DNA of 64,000 bases from Candidatus Saccharimonadia bacterium (GTDB lineage: Bacteria > Patescibacteriota > Saccharimonadia > Saccharimonadales > JALRHH01). Below the pieces are notes generated by a model, which was not told the origin of the DNA, searched no databases, and saw only the letters and a program-made list of their open reading frames with translations. Positions 49,472 through 58,178 of this stretch are shown one piece after another. How positions within the stretch are numbered: position 1 is the stretch's first letter; every line of letters starts with the position of its first letter. The translations under genes were made by a program, and so were the position numbers. The stretch is from the NCBI GenBank assembly GCA_023253175.1, contig JALRHH010000002.1, positions 199 to 64,198 on the forward strand, in the 5' to 3' direction.

Positions 49472-49700
49472 CTTCCAGTCATATTTTCAGTATATGCATC
49501 CATTCCCAAAAAGCGTGTTGTGAAAGTGCGCAGCAGCATATTAGCCTCGGCCCAGACTGTATTGTTGTATAATCCTGGTAAGTGGATTTCCACTGAGACC
49601 TAAAGCCACTCCTAAAAAAGAAGGTATGGTCACCAAATCTATAGCGAAAAAAATCCCGTCGTTTGGGTACTTTTCGCTATAGTCATAGTCCGAAAGGAAT

Positions 49701-49964
49701 ATGGGCGGCCGAAAGGTCGTCGCCCAGCGGCGGGTTTTTTGTATGCCGAAAATCCAGGAGAGCAAAATTAATATGCCCAACTTAGTTAAAGATAAATCTA
49801 GTTACCTACCCGTACTGCTTGTAGCCACTATAGTCATACTAGTAGGTATTGTGCTGTACGCTTTATACGGACCATCAGAGGCTGACAAACTGCCTAATAC
49901 ACCAGATATTCACCAGCAGATGCTAGACGAAACTGTTCGCCAAAACGAATTAAACTCTAACTGA
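49701..49964 (+). CDS. possible small membrane protein
   Basis: Contains TM helix YLPVLLVATIVILVGIVLYALY. The likely start is an internal Met at 49743 or 49773. It is the only plus-strand ORF in the island. ORF-only evidence. Confidence 0.3.
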   Translation: MGGRKVVAQRRVFCMPKIQESKINMPNLVKDKSSYLPVLLVATIVILVGIVLYALYGPSEADKLPNTPDIHQQMLDETVRQNELNSN

Positions 49965-49989
49965 AGCTTACGTAGGCAGACGGTACGAA

Positions 49990-50559
49990 CTATGAGCTAC
50001 TCTGATCGGGTAGCCCAATACGAGATAGGAAGTTTGCAAAGCGTTGTGATAAAGCTTCACGATAAATCTCATTAATAGATGTAACGTAGCTCCTCTTGCG
50101 AGCATCGTACAAAACCTCTCTCGGTGCTGTTATGAAGTGTTTAAAATCAAGCACCAATTCAGGGACCCCATTATCAAGGTCCTCTTGTAAATAATGGTAT
50201 CTCTTGTAAGTATCATTAGCTCTAATTTTAGCCATCAACTTTTCGCCGAATACTTCCATTTGACGCGTTGCGATATGTTCCCCCCTTGAGAAATCATCAA
50301 GCTGGTACGCTGGACAAACAAGTATAGTATCAATATTTTTGTCTGTTTTAACTGGTTTAGGCTTCTTGTTTCTTTCTTCATAATCTTGCTGCAAGTCACA
50401 ATCTTGAGTCAGTACAACCGCGTATTTTAAATTAGCCTCTATATGTAATGTATTACTCCCACTTCCAATAGAGATTAAAAGATCCTCAAAGATGTCCCCT
50501 TGGCATATTCGGGCCTTTCTGTAGTATCTATACGGACTTTTTATTAGACTTGTGTACAT
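49990..50559 (-). CDS. island cargo protein D (189 aa, unknown function)
   Basis: No recognised family. The N-terminal pattern QGDIFEDL...(~20 aa)...YAVVLTQDCDL is loosely reminiscent of the GD(I/L)(W/F)...RPxVV(L/I)S pattern of MazF/PemK-fold proteins; this similarity is weak. Confidence 0.5.
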   Translation of the reverse strand: MYTSLIKSPYRYYRKARICQGDIFEDLLISIGSGSNTLHIEANLKYAVVLTQDCDLQQDYEERNKKPKPVKTDKNIDTILVCPAYQLDDFSRGEHIATRQMEVFGEKLMAKIRANDTYKRYHYLQEDLDNGVPELVLDFKHFITAPREVLYDARKRSYVTSINEIYREALSQRFANFLSRIGLPDQSSS

Positions 50560-50737
50560 ACCTGGTGTGGTTATAAGAAGTATTGGTTCTAGAATAAACT
50601 ACAGCTTTGTCACTGGGTTGTGTCGAAGAGGTCCTAGCAGAAACAGACTGTTTTGCTGGCTTTTTTCGGGTATCCTCCGATGGCTTAGTATATCTGCCTG
50701 ATTCAGCCATCCTGTAATGAATATAGTCTTCGCTCAT
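50528..50737 (-). CDS. island cargo protein E (69 aa, basic, Ser/Thr-rich)
   Basis: Starts 2 nt after the stop of the upstream gene and overlaps the downstream gene by 32 nt, suggesting translational coupling. Confidence 0.4.
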   Translation of the reverse strand: MSEDYIHYRMAESGRYTKPSEDTRKKPAKQSVSARTSSTQPSDKAVVYSRTNTSYNHTRYVHKSNKKSV

Positions 50738-50739
50738 TT

Positions 50740-51489
50740 TTATTTTTCCATTTCTTTTCTAACTTTATCGGTAATTGATAATTCGAATATACTTTCTGCC
50801 TCATCCTTTAAATCAGTAAATGACTTTAAGATTGCATCTAAATCTGTGTCTACTGGCCGAGGGGTATAACAGTCAATGTCTAAAATATAAGATGATCTCA
50901 AGATAGGACTAGGGTACTTATCATTCCAAATACCGTATTTAAATATCGCGCTACAGCTATCTGTCTTATATTCGAACTGATTTAATATCCTGAGCGGAAC
51001 CCTATCTTTTGAACCAATAAATTCATGAACGACAAGTAAGTCGCTAGATATGTAGGCCTTCCAGTCCTGCAACTTTCGGACAGAATCAAATTCAAGATTA
51101 TTTATATACCTTAGGCCCATACGAATTAGTTGCTTTACACTGTGATCGTTCAAAAATTTTATACACATTTTAGATATGTAATCTTTAATGGCACTTGAAT
51201 CTTTATATGAAAAATATTCTAGAACAAGATAAGATGGTCCTATTTCTAATCTGTTTCCATTTGTAGTATTAAGGAAGTGCCAAACATCAATTTCTTCTAC
51301 GGAATTAATAACCTCTCCTGAATCAACCTGAAACTCAAAATTCCCAACTTTGCCTTTTTTCTTAGAGATATCATCAAATAAGTCGCCAGCTAGTTGTCTG
51401 TACTCTTCAAAATTAGTAAGCTCCGTAGATTCAAAATCTAGTCGAAAAATCACTTGCTTCAGATAATTTTTCTTATATGTATGGCTCAT
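50740..51489 (-). CDS. island cargo protein F (249 aa), possibly TIGR04255-like
   Basis: The N-terminus MSHTYKKNYLKQVIFRLDFES resembles, from memory, the conserved N-terminal strand of the sporadically distributed TIGR04255 family. No catalytic motif recognised. Confidence 0.5.
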   Translation of the reverse strand: MSHTYKKNYLKQVIFRLDFESTELTNFEEYRQLAGDLFDDISKKKGKVGNFEFQVDSGEVINSVEEIDVWHFLNTTNGNRLEIGPSYLVLEYFSYKDSSAIKDYISKMCIKFLNDHSVKQLIRMGLRYINNLEFDSVRKLQDWKAYISSDLLVVHEFIGSKDRVPLRILNQFEYKTDSCSAIFKYGIWNDKYPSPILRSSYILDIDCYTPRPVDTDLDAILKSFTDLKDEAESIFELSITDKVRKEMEK

Positions 51490-51542
51490 ATCGTCTAAGA
51501 TTAATATAACACGATTGCTAGTCGCCGTCTTAATTAAGGTCC

Positions 51543-52304
51543 CTATTCCTTAATTTGAACTCTTTTCTTAAGCTCCAAAGTATCATTCATTTCCATAATA
51601 TAAAAGCCATCTTCAAACTGCCTACTTACTGTGTTGAAATCTTTTAGTATATATCTTTCACCGTAATTTTTGATTAATAAACGAGATGAATCATTTTGGG
51701 CTGAAATCACATATAGACCGTTCTGAGAGCTGGCAAAATACTTTCCAGTACCTAATGCAATAGCAAATACTAGAGTTAGTAAATAAATATAGTAAGCATT
51801 TCGTTCAGCCAACGTTTTATATGGTTTATTGAGATCTTCTTCCCTGCTTTTCTGGGCTTTTTCTAGTGCCTTATCCAAGTTACGGTAACGTATAAGATTA
51901 AAAATAAAATCTATTTCAAAGGTAAGCAGAAGTAGACAAATGATACCCGCCATTGTCAGCCAGTTATGTCCGCCCATACCATAGTAAACGAGTGCAGAAA
52001 TTACGGAAGCTATGGCCATACCTACCACTCTTCTCATCTCACGCTTAATTGATTCCCGTTTTATACCATCCGTCATTTCAATCATCGCTACTTTAATATG
52101 ATCAATCATAAAAAATCCATAGCTTAATAATGCGATGCTGACTATGAGAGTGATTACGTTTACCTCTATAAATTTGTAACTTACATTGAAATGATTTAAA
52201 TAAGCATATTCAAAAATGTAAGCAACCGCATAACTGGTTGCCGTAATCAACAGGACTTGTATACCACTATTTTCTAAAAATCCTTCTTTATTATTTTTTG
52301 GCAT
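51543..52304 (-). CDS. island cargo protein G (253 aa, polytopic membrane protein with a small C-terminal soluble domain)
   Basis: About 5 hydrophobic helices (e.g. VLLITATSYAVAYIF, VITLIVSIALLSYGFFMI, GMAIASVISALVYYG, MAGIICLLLLTFEIDFIF, YYIYLLTLVFAIALG), then ~70 soluble residues. Confidence 0.55.
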   Translation of the reverse strand: MPKNNKEGFLENSGIQVLLITATSYAVAYIFEYAYLNHFNVSYKFIEVNVITLIVSIALLSYGFFMIDHIKVAMIEMTDGIKRESIKREMRRVVGMAIASVISALVYYGMGGHNWLTMAGIICLLLLTFEIDFIFNLIRYRNLDKALEKAQKSREEDLNKPYKTLAERNAYYIYLLTLVFAIALGTGKYFASSQNGLYVISAQNDSSRLLIKNYGERYILKDFNTVSRQFEDGFYIMEMNDTLELKKRVQIKE

Positions 52305-52594
52305 TCCTACTCCTACGCTTCATATTGTGTGATTATCCGGCATCGAATAATAAGCAGCAAGCATAACAAGAATCATCTATTCTGATATTAATAATTGACG
52401 CATCTAATCTAGATAATGTGCATATTATAAAAGTTGTTGCAATTACTACAAATATAATTACTACGTTAAGAAGTAAGGAACGTGTTTATGTTGCATTCTG
52501 TTGAATAAAGAGAATGCTCCGGTAGCTATACTTCCACCTAAATGCCCCGCATCGCTTAGCTGATTCTAGTTGCTGTAAGCTCCACTATGGCCCT

Positions 52595-52632
52595 CCAAAA
52601 TAAAAACTCCCTTCTCGGGAGTTTTTATTTTG
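52595..52632 (+). terminator. strong intrinsic terminator, probably the original tRNA-Lys terminator displaced by the island
   Basis: ccaaaataaaaactccc-ttct-cgggagtttttattttgg, starting inside the second copy of the 11-nt core. Confidence 0.75.
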
Positions 52633-52769
52633 GAAAGTTTACGTGAATTCGAAACCAGTACCACGAAGTGGTGGGTTCGATAGCTAGGAGCTCACGCAGG
52701 AGCTTGCTCCGAGTAAGCAACGTAGATATATGCAATAATCCCACCAAAGTAATTTGCTATCATAGCTAC

Positions 52770-53039
52770 ATGTGTAGAAACATTAAACCACTCTATAATT
52801 TTGAACCACATGCTACCAATGATGAAATCATGGCTGCCGCAACACAGTTTGTTAGAAAGATTTCTGGGTTCCAGAAACCATCAGCTGCAAACGAGGCTGC
52901 TTTTAACAAAGCGATCGGAGAGATAGCGCACGCGAGTCATCACCTGCTCGAAGATCTTGTCACGCAAGCCGCGCCCCGAAACCGCGAAATAGAAGCAGCC
53001 AAAGCACACGCACGTGCAGTAAAGCGTTTCGGAAATTAA
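52770..53039 (+). CDS. DUF2277-like small protein
   Basis: Starts MCRNIKPLYNFEPHATNDEIMAAATQFVRKISG, matching my recollection of the conserved DUF2277 N-terminus. The track ORF starts earlier, at 52668. Confidence 0.6.
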   Translation: MCRNIKPLYNFEPHATNDEIMAAATQFVRKISGFQKPSAANEAAFNKAIGEIAHASHHLLEDLVTQAAPRNREIEAAKAHARAVKRFGN

Positions 53040-53043
53040 GACA

Positions 53044-53346
53044 CTAGTCCTGCCAGGCAAGTTCGTGTCGAGCAGGATTCTTATACTGAGGTGACAAGCA
53101 TGCCATAATAAAATGTGCCTCGCCTTCTGTTATCAAACCCTCATCCCGGTCTTTCTGGGCGGCCGCACATCTTGCCTCATATTGATCGTTTCCTAGAATA
53201 TCTACCACCATCTTTTCCTTCGTCTCGGGCGCAGAGTGCGGAGATTCCTCGTCAACTTCAGCCCGCACCTCTTCAGCTGAACGTGATCCGTATTGACCCT
53301 TCATAAGCTTTTCAAAGTTGGTATCTAATTCCATGATAAGTTCCAT
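53044..53346 (-). CDS. hypothetical protein (100 aa)
   Basis: ORF only. Confidence 0.4.
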   Translation of the reverse strand: MELIMELDTNFEKLMKGQYGSRSAEEVRAEVDEESPHSAPETKEKMVVDILGNDQYEARCAAAQKDRDEGLITEGEAHFIMACLSPQYKNPARHELAWQD

Positions 53347-53603
53347 TATATGTAACTGTGGCGCCTATGCAACCATGAGCAATACAATCTGAAAAATATT
53401 TTTGTTTTAGCCATAAGTACGATACTATACAGATATCTGCTAACAGCAGCATCAAGAGTACGGTTAGAGATCTAGCTCGATGATCCGTCGGCAACCTGCG
53501 AAATGTAAGGTGCTCCACCTAGACCAATTACTAACAATAATTGGAAGGATGTGGTTACAACATACTTGAAGCCCATCCTTTCTAGAGATAGAAGGGATTT
53601 TTA

Positions 53604-54233
53604 ATGTCAGAAGCACTGCACATTACAGAACAAACATTCACGAACGATATTACCTCTGAACAGGTGCTGCATGCACTCCGGAGCGAAGGCGCCATCTGGC
53701 TAAAAGGCTTTGTATCGCCAGATGATCAAGCCGCAATAGTAGAAGAAGTTCTGTCACATGAGCTTACAGAAGTAGACAGAACAAATCATCGAATTCGAGA
53801 ACAATTCAAAGATGTTGACTGGAAGTTTGAGGAAACGCCACCGCTCTCAAAAATACTAGGACAGCGCATCGTGCAGCTTGTGCAACCGGCTGTCCGGGCC
53901 TGGGAGGTTAATCACGTTCGTGCGCAGCTATACTCACCCGGCGAGGTTGGCATTGAGTGGCACTACGACTATAAACGTGATCTTAGAGTTGTTGCGGTTG
54001 CTTCATTCCTTGGCCCCGCACTATTCCAAGCAAAGCTTGACTCTGGCCAAGTAGATTGGCAACTACAACCCGGTGACCTCACGCTCATGCGCGGCGCACT
54101 ACTGAACGGCAACATTGATGATAGGCCGCACCACCGAGTAGAAGCACCACTATCAGGACAACGCCTATCAATTGCCTACCGAGAGTTTACGGAAATAGTA
54201 CCTGAACTGGAGCCAAGAAATGTCACAAGTTGA
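53604..54233 (+). CDS. putative 2OG-Fe(II) oxygenase superfamily protein
   Basis: HxD...H...RxS pattern: WHYD, HHRVEAP and RLSIAY. Overlaps the folE start by 14 nt. Confidence 0.5.
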   Translation: MSEALHITEQTFTNDITSEQVLHALRSEGAIWLKGFVSPDDQAAIVEEVLSHELTEVDRTNHRIREQFKDVDWKFEETPPLSKILGQRIVQLVQPAVRAWEVNHVRAQLYSPGEVGIEWHYDYKRDLRVVAVASFLGPALFQAKLDSGQVDWQLQPGDLTLMRGALLNGNIDDRPHHRVEAPLSGQRLSIAYREFTEIVPELEPRNVTS

Positions 54234-54762
54234 AACAAGCATTGAAACAATCCTACGGCACATAGATAACAACCCTACTCGAGAAGGCCTGCAGGACACA
54301 CCAAAGCGGTACGCTAAATTTATTACAGAATTTACGAGTCCGCCGGAATTTACCCCCACTACCTTTCAGAGTGAAGGTTACAACGAGATGATCGTGCAAG
54401 ATAACATTGCCTTTTATAGCCTGTGCGAGCATCATCTCCTTCCCTTCTTTGGAACCGGTACGATCGCCTATATTCCAAATGATCGGATCATTGGACTATC
54501 CAAACTAGCCAGAACGCTGGAACACTTCAGTCGGCGATTACAGAATCAAGAGCGCATCACTGAACAAGTGGCTGAATACCTACAAGACATCTTGAAACCG
54601 AAGGGTGTTGGTGTGGTTCTAACCGCGCGGCACTTATGCATGGAAATGCGCGGTGTCAGCAAACCGAATGTTTGTACGAGCACCTCCACACTCAGGGGTA
54701 TATTCAAAACAAATCCGCGAACTCGGGCTGAGTTTTTGAATCTCAAAAGTAGCAGACCATGA
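54220..54762 (+). CDS. folE: GTP cyclohydrolase I
   Basis: CEHHLLPF motif, TPKRYAKF and QERITEQV blocks. 180 aa. Confidence 0.9.
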   Translation: MSQVETSIETILRHIDNNPTREGLQDTPKRYAKFITEFTSPPEFTPTTFQSEGYNEMIVQDNIAFYSLCEHHLLPFFGTGTIAYIPNDRIIGLSKLARTLEHFSRRLQNQERITEQVAEYLQDILKPKGVGVVLTARHLCMEMRGVSKPNVCTSTSTLRGIFKTNPRTRAEFLNLKSSRP

Positions 54763-55520
54763 CAGAATTAGTGGGCATTCTTAATATAACACCTGATAGC
54801 TTTTCGGATGGCGGTCAATGGAGCGACCCATATAAAGTCCTGGGACGAGTTAATGCGCTGCGACTAGAGGGCGCAGATTTGATTGATATTGGAGCGGAGT
54901 CAACCAGACCCGGAGCGCATGAAATTACAGCAAATGAGGAATGGCAGAGACTTAGACCGGTAATAGGAATTCTGCGGGAATATTATCCCGCTTGCATATT
55001 CTCCATCGATACACGGCATGCCCAGATCGCACGACGAGCCATTAATAGCTGGTCAAGTGATCTAATCATCAATGACGTTACGGGTGTCCATGATCCTGCA
55101 ATGGCAGAAGTACTTGCCGAACATGGGTCACGTGCCATCGTCAGCCACCTACCAGCTGCAAGCGGTGGTGATATCGCAAAAGCCCATACCGTCACAGAGA
55201 CAAATCTCAACCGAGTTATAGACGAACTTCATACACAAATTGAAGTACTTGTGGGTCAAGGTATTGAGCGGGGTAAGATTATTGCAGATCCGGGGATTGG
55301 ATTTGGCAAGCACCGAGATTTAAACCGAGAGCTGGTAACTTTTGCCCAGTATACTGACTATCCAGTGACGATTGGATATTCAAGGAAACGATTTCTTGGT
55401 GAGCGGCGACTCGACCCGGCTTATAATGCAGAAATTGGCAAGATCGCAGCTGCAAGTGGCGCCGCCTACCTCCGAGTACATGATGTAACGGCGCACCGTG
55501 GAGCACTACGCTCGACATAG
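54759..55520 (+). CDS. folP: dihydropteroate synthase
   Basis: GILNITPDSFSDGG, DIGAESTRPG and YLRVHDV. Confidence 0.9.
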   Translation: MTELVGILNITPDSFSDGGQWSDPYKVLGRVNALRLEGADLIDIGAESTRPGAHEITANEEWQRLRPVIGILREYYPACIFSIDTRHAQIARRAINSWSSDLIINDVTGVHDPAMAEVLAEHGSRAIVSHLPAASGGDIAKAHTVTETNLNRVIDELHTQIEVLVGQGIERGKIIADPGIGFGKHRDLNRELVTFAQYTDYPVTIGYSRKRFLGERRLDPAYNAEIGKIAAASGAAYLRVHDVTAHRGALRST

Positions 55521-55531
55521 TATCCCGGAAT

Positions 55532-56071
55532 TTAGGGGGCGAGCGCTATACCTTCGTTAATTTCTGATACTTGATATTCAATAGTTTTTTCTTTTGGCGA
55601 TACAACGACGCTCACAATAGTACGTGAATCTTCGCTCACGCCTGACTTGAGCACAACAGGGGATTTGGTATCAAGTTTAAATGACAGGGGCTTCCTAATA
55701 ATATCTTTGCACCACGCTACGGTCGGTGGCTGCGCTGTAGACGCAAAAGTAATGGTAAATTTCTTTCCTTCGGGTAATATGGTGAATAGTTCTTCGCAAA
55801 TCTTTGCTTCATCGGAGTAGCTGTATAGACGATATAGATAGCCGCACTTATCAAAGCAGTGAGATTTAGGATCATAGCCTTCGGTCACTAGTTGTGTATT
55901 TTTAGGTGCAGCTGGCATAAGCAGTGCCAGTGATTCATTACGAGATAATTTGGGCGAATCTGAACCCAGCGACATGAAGAATGTAAATACCGCGACCTGT
56001 AGGCCTATGGCCAGTAGAACAGCCCCAACGATAATCAATACTTTCTTAGTGGTGCCGGAATTCTGATTCAT
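55532..56071 (-). CDS. membrane-anchored hypothetical protein
   Basis: N-terminal TM helix VLIIVGAVLLAIGLQVAVFTFF followed by a soluble domain. Confidence 0.5.
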   Translation of the reverse strand: MNQNSGTTKKVLIIVGAVLLAIGLQVAVFTFFMSLGSDSPKLSRNESLALLMPAAPKNTQLVTEGYDPKSHCFDKCGYLYRLYSYSDEAKICEELFTILPEGKKFTITFASTAQPPTVAWCKDIIRKPLSFKLDTKSPVVLKSGVSEDSRTIVSVVVSPKEKTIEYQVSEINEGIALAP

Positions 56072-56156
56072 ATCCTATAGTGTACGCCTATATAATCCCT
56101 TTGCGAAGCAGGTACCACAATACAATTGAAGTAGGAATTAATGAGGTAATACCGAA

Positions 56157-56660
56157 TTAATTAGCCCTACTCACTAATTGGACGGCATTTTGACACATAG
56201 TAGGTAAATCTTCGGCAATCTTGACCTGAGGGCAGTCCTGACCAAAGCGTCTTTTAATATAACGTGCGTTTCCGAAACCTTCGTCAATGCCGATAGTTAG
56301 CTTGATACCTTCGTATTCGTGTCGCATTTTCCACTCCGCAAGCTCAAAACGTGAAGTCTAGGCATATGCACGTCCTGGAGTGTCTTCAGCCTGGGCTGCA
56401 AGCCAAAAGCTCACTACACCGAGTCTTCCTGCTTCGCGCAAAAAGTGTGTTTCCCAATCAACTTGATTTTCGTATACGAATGTTCCCTCTGGGTAATCTT
56501 TTCGGGGCGATGCAACTATAATTGATGAATCTAGATCATGAATAATAGAGGTGGCTTCAGTCTGCCAATCTGGCGCCCCTTGGATAGGTCCTGCCAAGAA
56601 AATAACTGCGCCGTCTGCTTCGACAATTTCTGGAGGTTGAAGCAAGAGTCGTTCAGGCAT
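56157..56660 (-). pseudogene. nucleoside 2-deoxyribosyltransferase-like gene interrupted by one in-frame TAG
   Basis: Track ORF 56358..56660 ends ...TPGRAYA-TAG. The same frame continues TSRFELAEWKMRHEYEGIKLTIGIDEGFGNARYIKRRFGQ...SRAN-TAA (hand-translated to 56157). The N-terminal VIFLAGPIQGAPDWQ and the YA-x-TSRFELAEW block span the stop. Confidence 0.55.
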
Positions 56661-56769
56661 AACTTAATTATACCAAAAAGACGTCAGCACTGATGTCTAT
56701 TCATTGAGCCTCATGCAGTACGGCATTCTTGCACGGGCTAGAGATGGTTTAGCTTCAACCCTGGGCGCT

Positions 56770-57573
56770 TCAAGCTACCGTTTCCGTCAGTAATAGCTGG
56801 ACTTTATTATTCCTAGTGTCAAAAACCGTTGCGCCAAACCTGATAAGTTGTGCCGTATCTGCAGCAAGCACATGATTTACTACTGCTAAATCTTCGGTCT
56901 GTGCGGGTTTTACGATAGCAATATTCATAACTCTAGCGCCAATTTGGCGCGCAAAAGCTCGTTCTGTTTGCGAACCTAACGACATGTCCGTATCAATCAT
57001 TCGAACGACAGTAGTTATTGGGTTAGCATCTTTACCGTCAGTAATAAGCCCAGCAAACACACTCGACATCTTAAAGTATTCTGAAGCTCGAATTTCGGCA
57101 CTTGCCTTACTCGTCATTAAATTTGTATCGAGTTCGATGGCGTCAAAGGCCTGATGTGCGGCTTTGCGTAAAGCGTCCACATCACGGGCCACGAATCCTG
57201 GGGTAAATTGGTATCCCCCGATAACACTAAGCCAAAATTCCATGAACTCTGCCTGGTTCCAGTGCGTTTTGCCAACGAACACAGGTTCGATTGCCGATCT
57301 AGGGTCTATCTGAGCATCAGCTGCAAGCTGTTCCGCTAGTAGACGTGCAGACTCTGTATTTCGAGAAATTACATCCTTCATCTCTAAGCTATCATCACGA
57401 GCGTGACCTCCACTCGTTATCGACGTGCTGAGATAAGTTTCTGGCGTAATACTTTGAGAAACTTGATTTTCATAGAGCCACCAATATGCCTCATACGGAT
57501 CGAGTCCTTCAGCATTAACCACCCCAGTAAGCTCCTGAAGTAGTGGCCGGTAACGGAATTCGGGATTTCTCAT
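56770..57573 (-). CDS. hypothetical protein (267 aa)
   Basis: Clean ORF with no motif recognised. Confidence 0.5.
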   Translation of the reverse strand: MRNPEFRYRPLLQELTGVVNAEGLDPYEAYWWLYENQVSQSITPETYLSTSITSGGHARDDSLEMKDVISRNTESARLLAEQLAADAQIDPRSAIEPVFVGKTHWNQAEFMEFWLSVIGGYQFTPGFVARDVDALRKAAHQAFDAIELDTNLMTSKASAEIRASEYFKMSSVFAGLITDGKDANPITTVVRMIDTDMSLGSQTERAFARQIGARVMNIAIVKPAQTEDLAVVNHVLAADTAQLIRFGATVFDTRNNKVQLLLTETVA

Positions 57574-57622
57574 ATAGACTTAATTATTACTGAGAAGATC
57601 GACATCTACAAGCATAAGCGAA

Positions 57623-57641
57623 CTGGTACACCCGGCAAGAT
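57623..57641. repeat. 19-nt duplicate of the tRNA-Arg 3' end
   Basis: ctggtacacccggcaagat is identical to 57771..57789, which covers the tRNA 3' acceptor/T-stem plus CCA. Confidence 0.85.
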
Positions 57642-57771
57642 AATGCACATTAATCTGTGCGCCGAGAATACTCGGGCAGCAGACTAATGACCGAACTTTA
57701 GCTCGAATCTTGTCTCGATAAATCGAGCAGAAAACAAAAACCACCCACAGGGGATGGTTTTAATTTTCTCC

Positions 57772-57848
57772 TGGTACACCCGGCAAGATTCGAACTTGCG
57801 ACACCTGGTTCCGAAGACCAGTGCTCTAATCCGCTGAGCTACGGGTGC
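57772..57848 (-). tRNA. tRNA-Arg (anticodon UCG), CCA encoded
   Basis: Minus strand GCACCCGTAGCTCAGCGGATTAGAGCACTGGTCTTCGGAACCAGGTGTCGCAAGTTCGAATCTTGCCGGGTGTACCA. Anticodon loop is CTTCGGA. A terminator hairpin lies at ~57738-57765. Confidence 0.88.
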
Positions 57849-57978
57849 ATAAAGGCTTTTACAGATTAGCACATCTGTTACAAAGTTGGTAGTATCGTGC
57901 GCTTCTGTGGGGTATCTAACAGCCCTCATGGCCTAATACCGTTATCATAGATGATGCTAACCTAATAAAGGAGGAATT

Positions 57979-58140
57979 ATGGCTCTATCAGACCGCGGTT
58001 TTGCATCTATGAGCAAGTCCAAACAACGAGAAATTGCCAGCATGGGCGGCAAGGCAACCGCTGGCAAGAACCTCACTAAGGAAGCACGAGCTAAAGGTGG
58101 ACGCGTCAGCCGACGTGGCCCAGCACGCTCAAGCATGTAG
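57979..58140 (+). CDS. small KGG-repeat general stress protein (53 aa)
   Basis: Below the track cutoff. RBS aaaggagg 5 nt upstream of the ATG. MALSDRGFASMSKSKQREIASMGGKATAGKNLTKEARAKGGRVSRRG... matches the GFASM...REIASKGGK stress-protein repeat. Track ORF 57957..58148(-) is its shadow. Confidence 0.65.
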   Translation: MALSDRGFASMSKSKQREIASMGGKATAGKNLTKEARAKGGRVSRRGPARSSM

Positions 58141-58178
58141 ATTATCAAAATCCACCCTTTCCCTAAAAGAGCCGTAGT

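Larger units (their letters stand above)
47013..52599. mobile_element. ~5.6-kb integrated island at the tRNA-Lys 3' end (serine-recombinase type)
   Basis: An 11-nt identical core ggccctccaaa occurs at 47013-47023 (tRNA 3' end) and at 52589-52599. The second copy is followed at once by a strong terminator that looks like the displaced tRNA terminator. The recombinase gene abuts the tRNA, and the cargo genes have no housekeeping function. Confidence 0.7.

Noticed and set aside
52633-52769. tRNA-like fragment (gtaccacgaagtggtgggttcgatagc) just outside the island, considered as a second tRNA or an att remnant.
   Set aside because: It cannot be folded into a cloverleaf. Only a GGTTCGA-like heptamer and a short hairpin are present, which is probably chance or a very old relic.
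57684-58148. Track ORFs 57684..57929(-) and 57957..58148(-).
   Set aside because: The first covers tRNA-Arg on the same strand plus its terminator and flanks, and the protein sequence reads through the tRNA. The second is the antisense shadow of a better-supported 53-aa KGG-repeat stress protein with a strong RBS.
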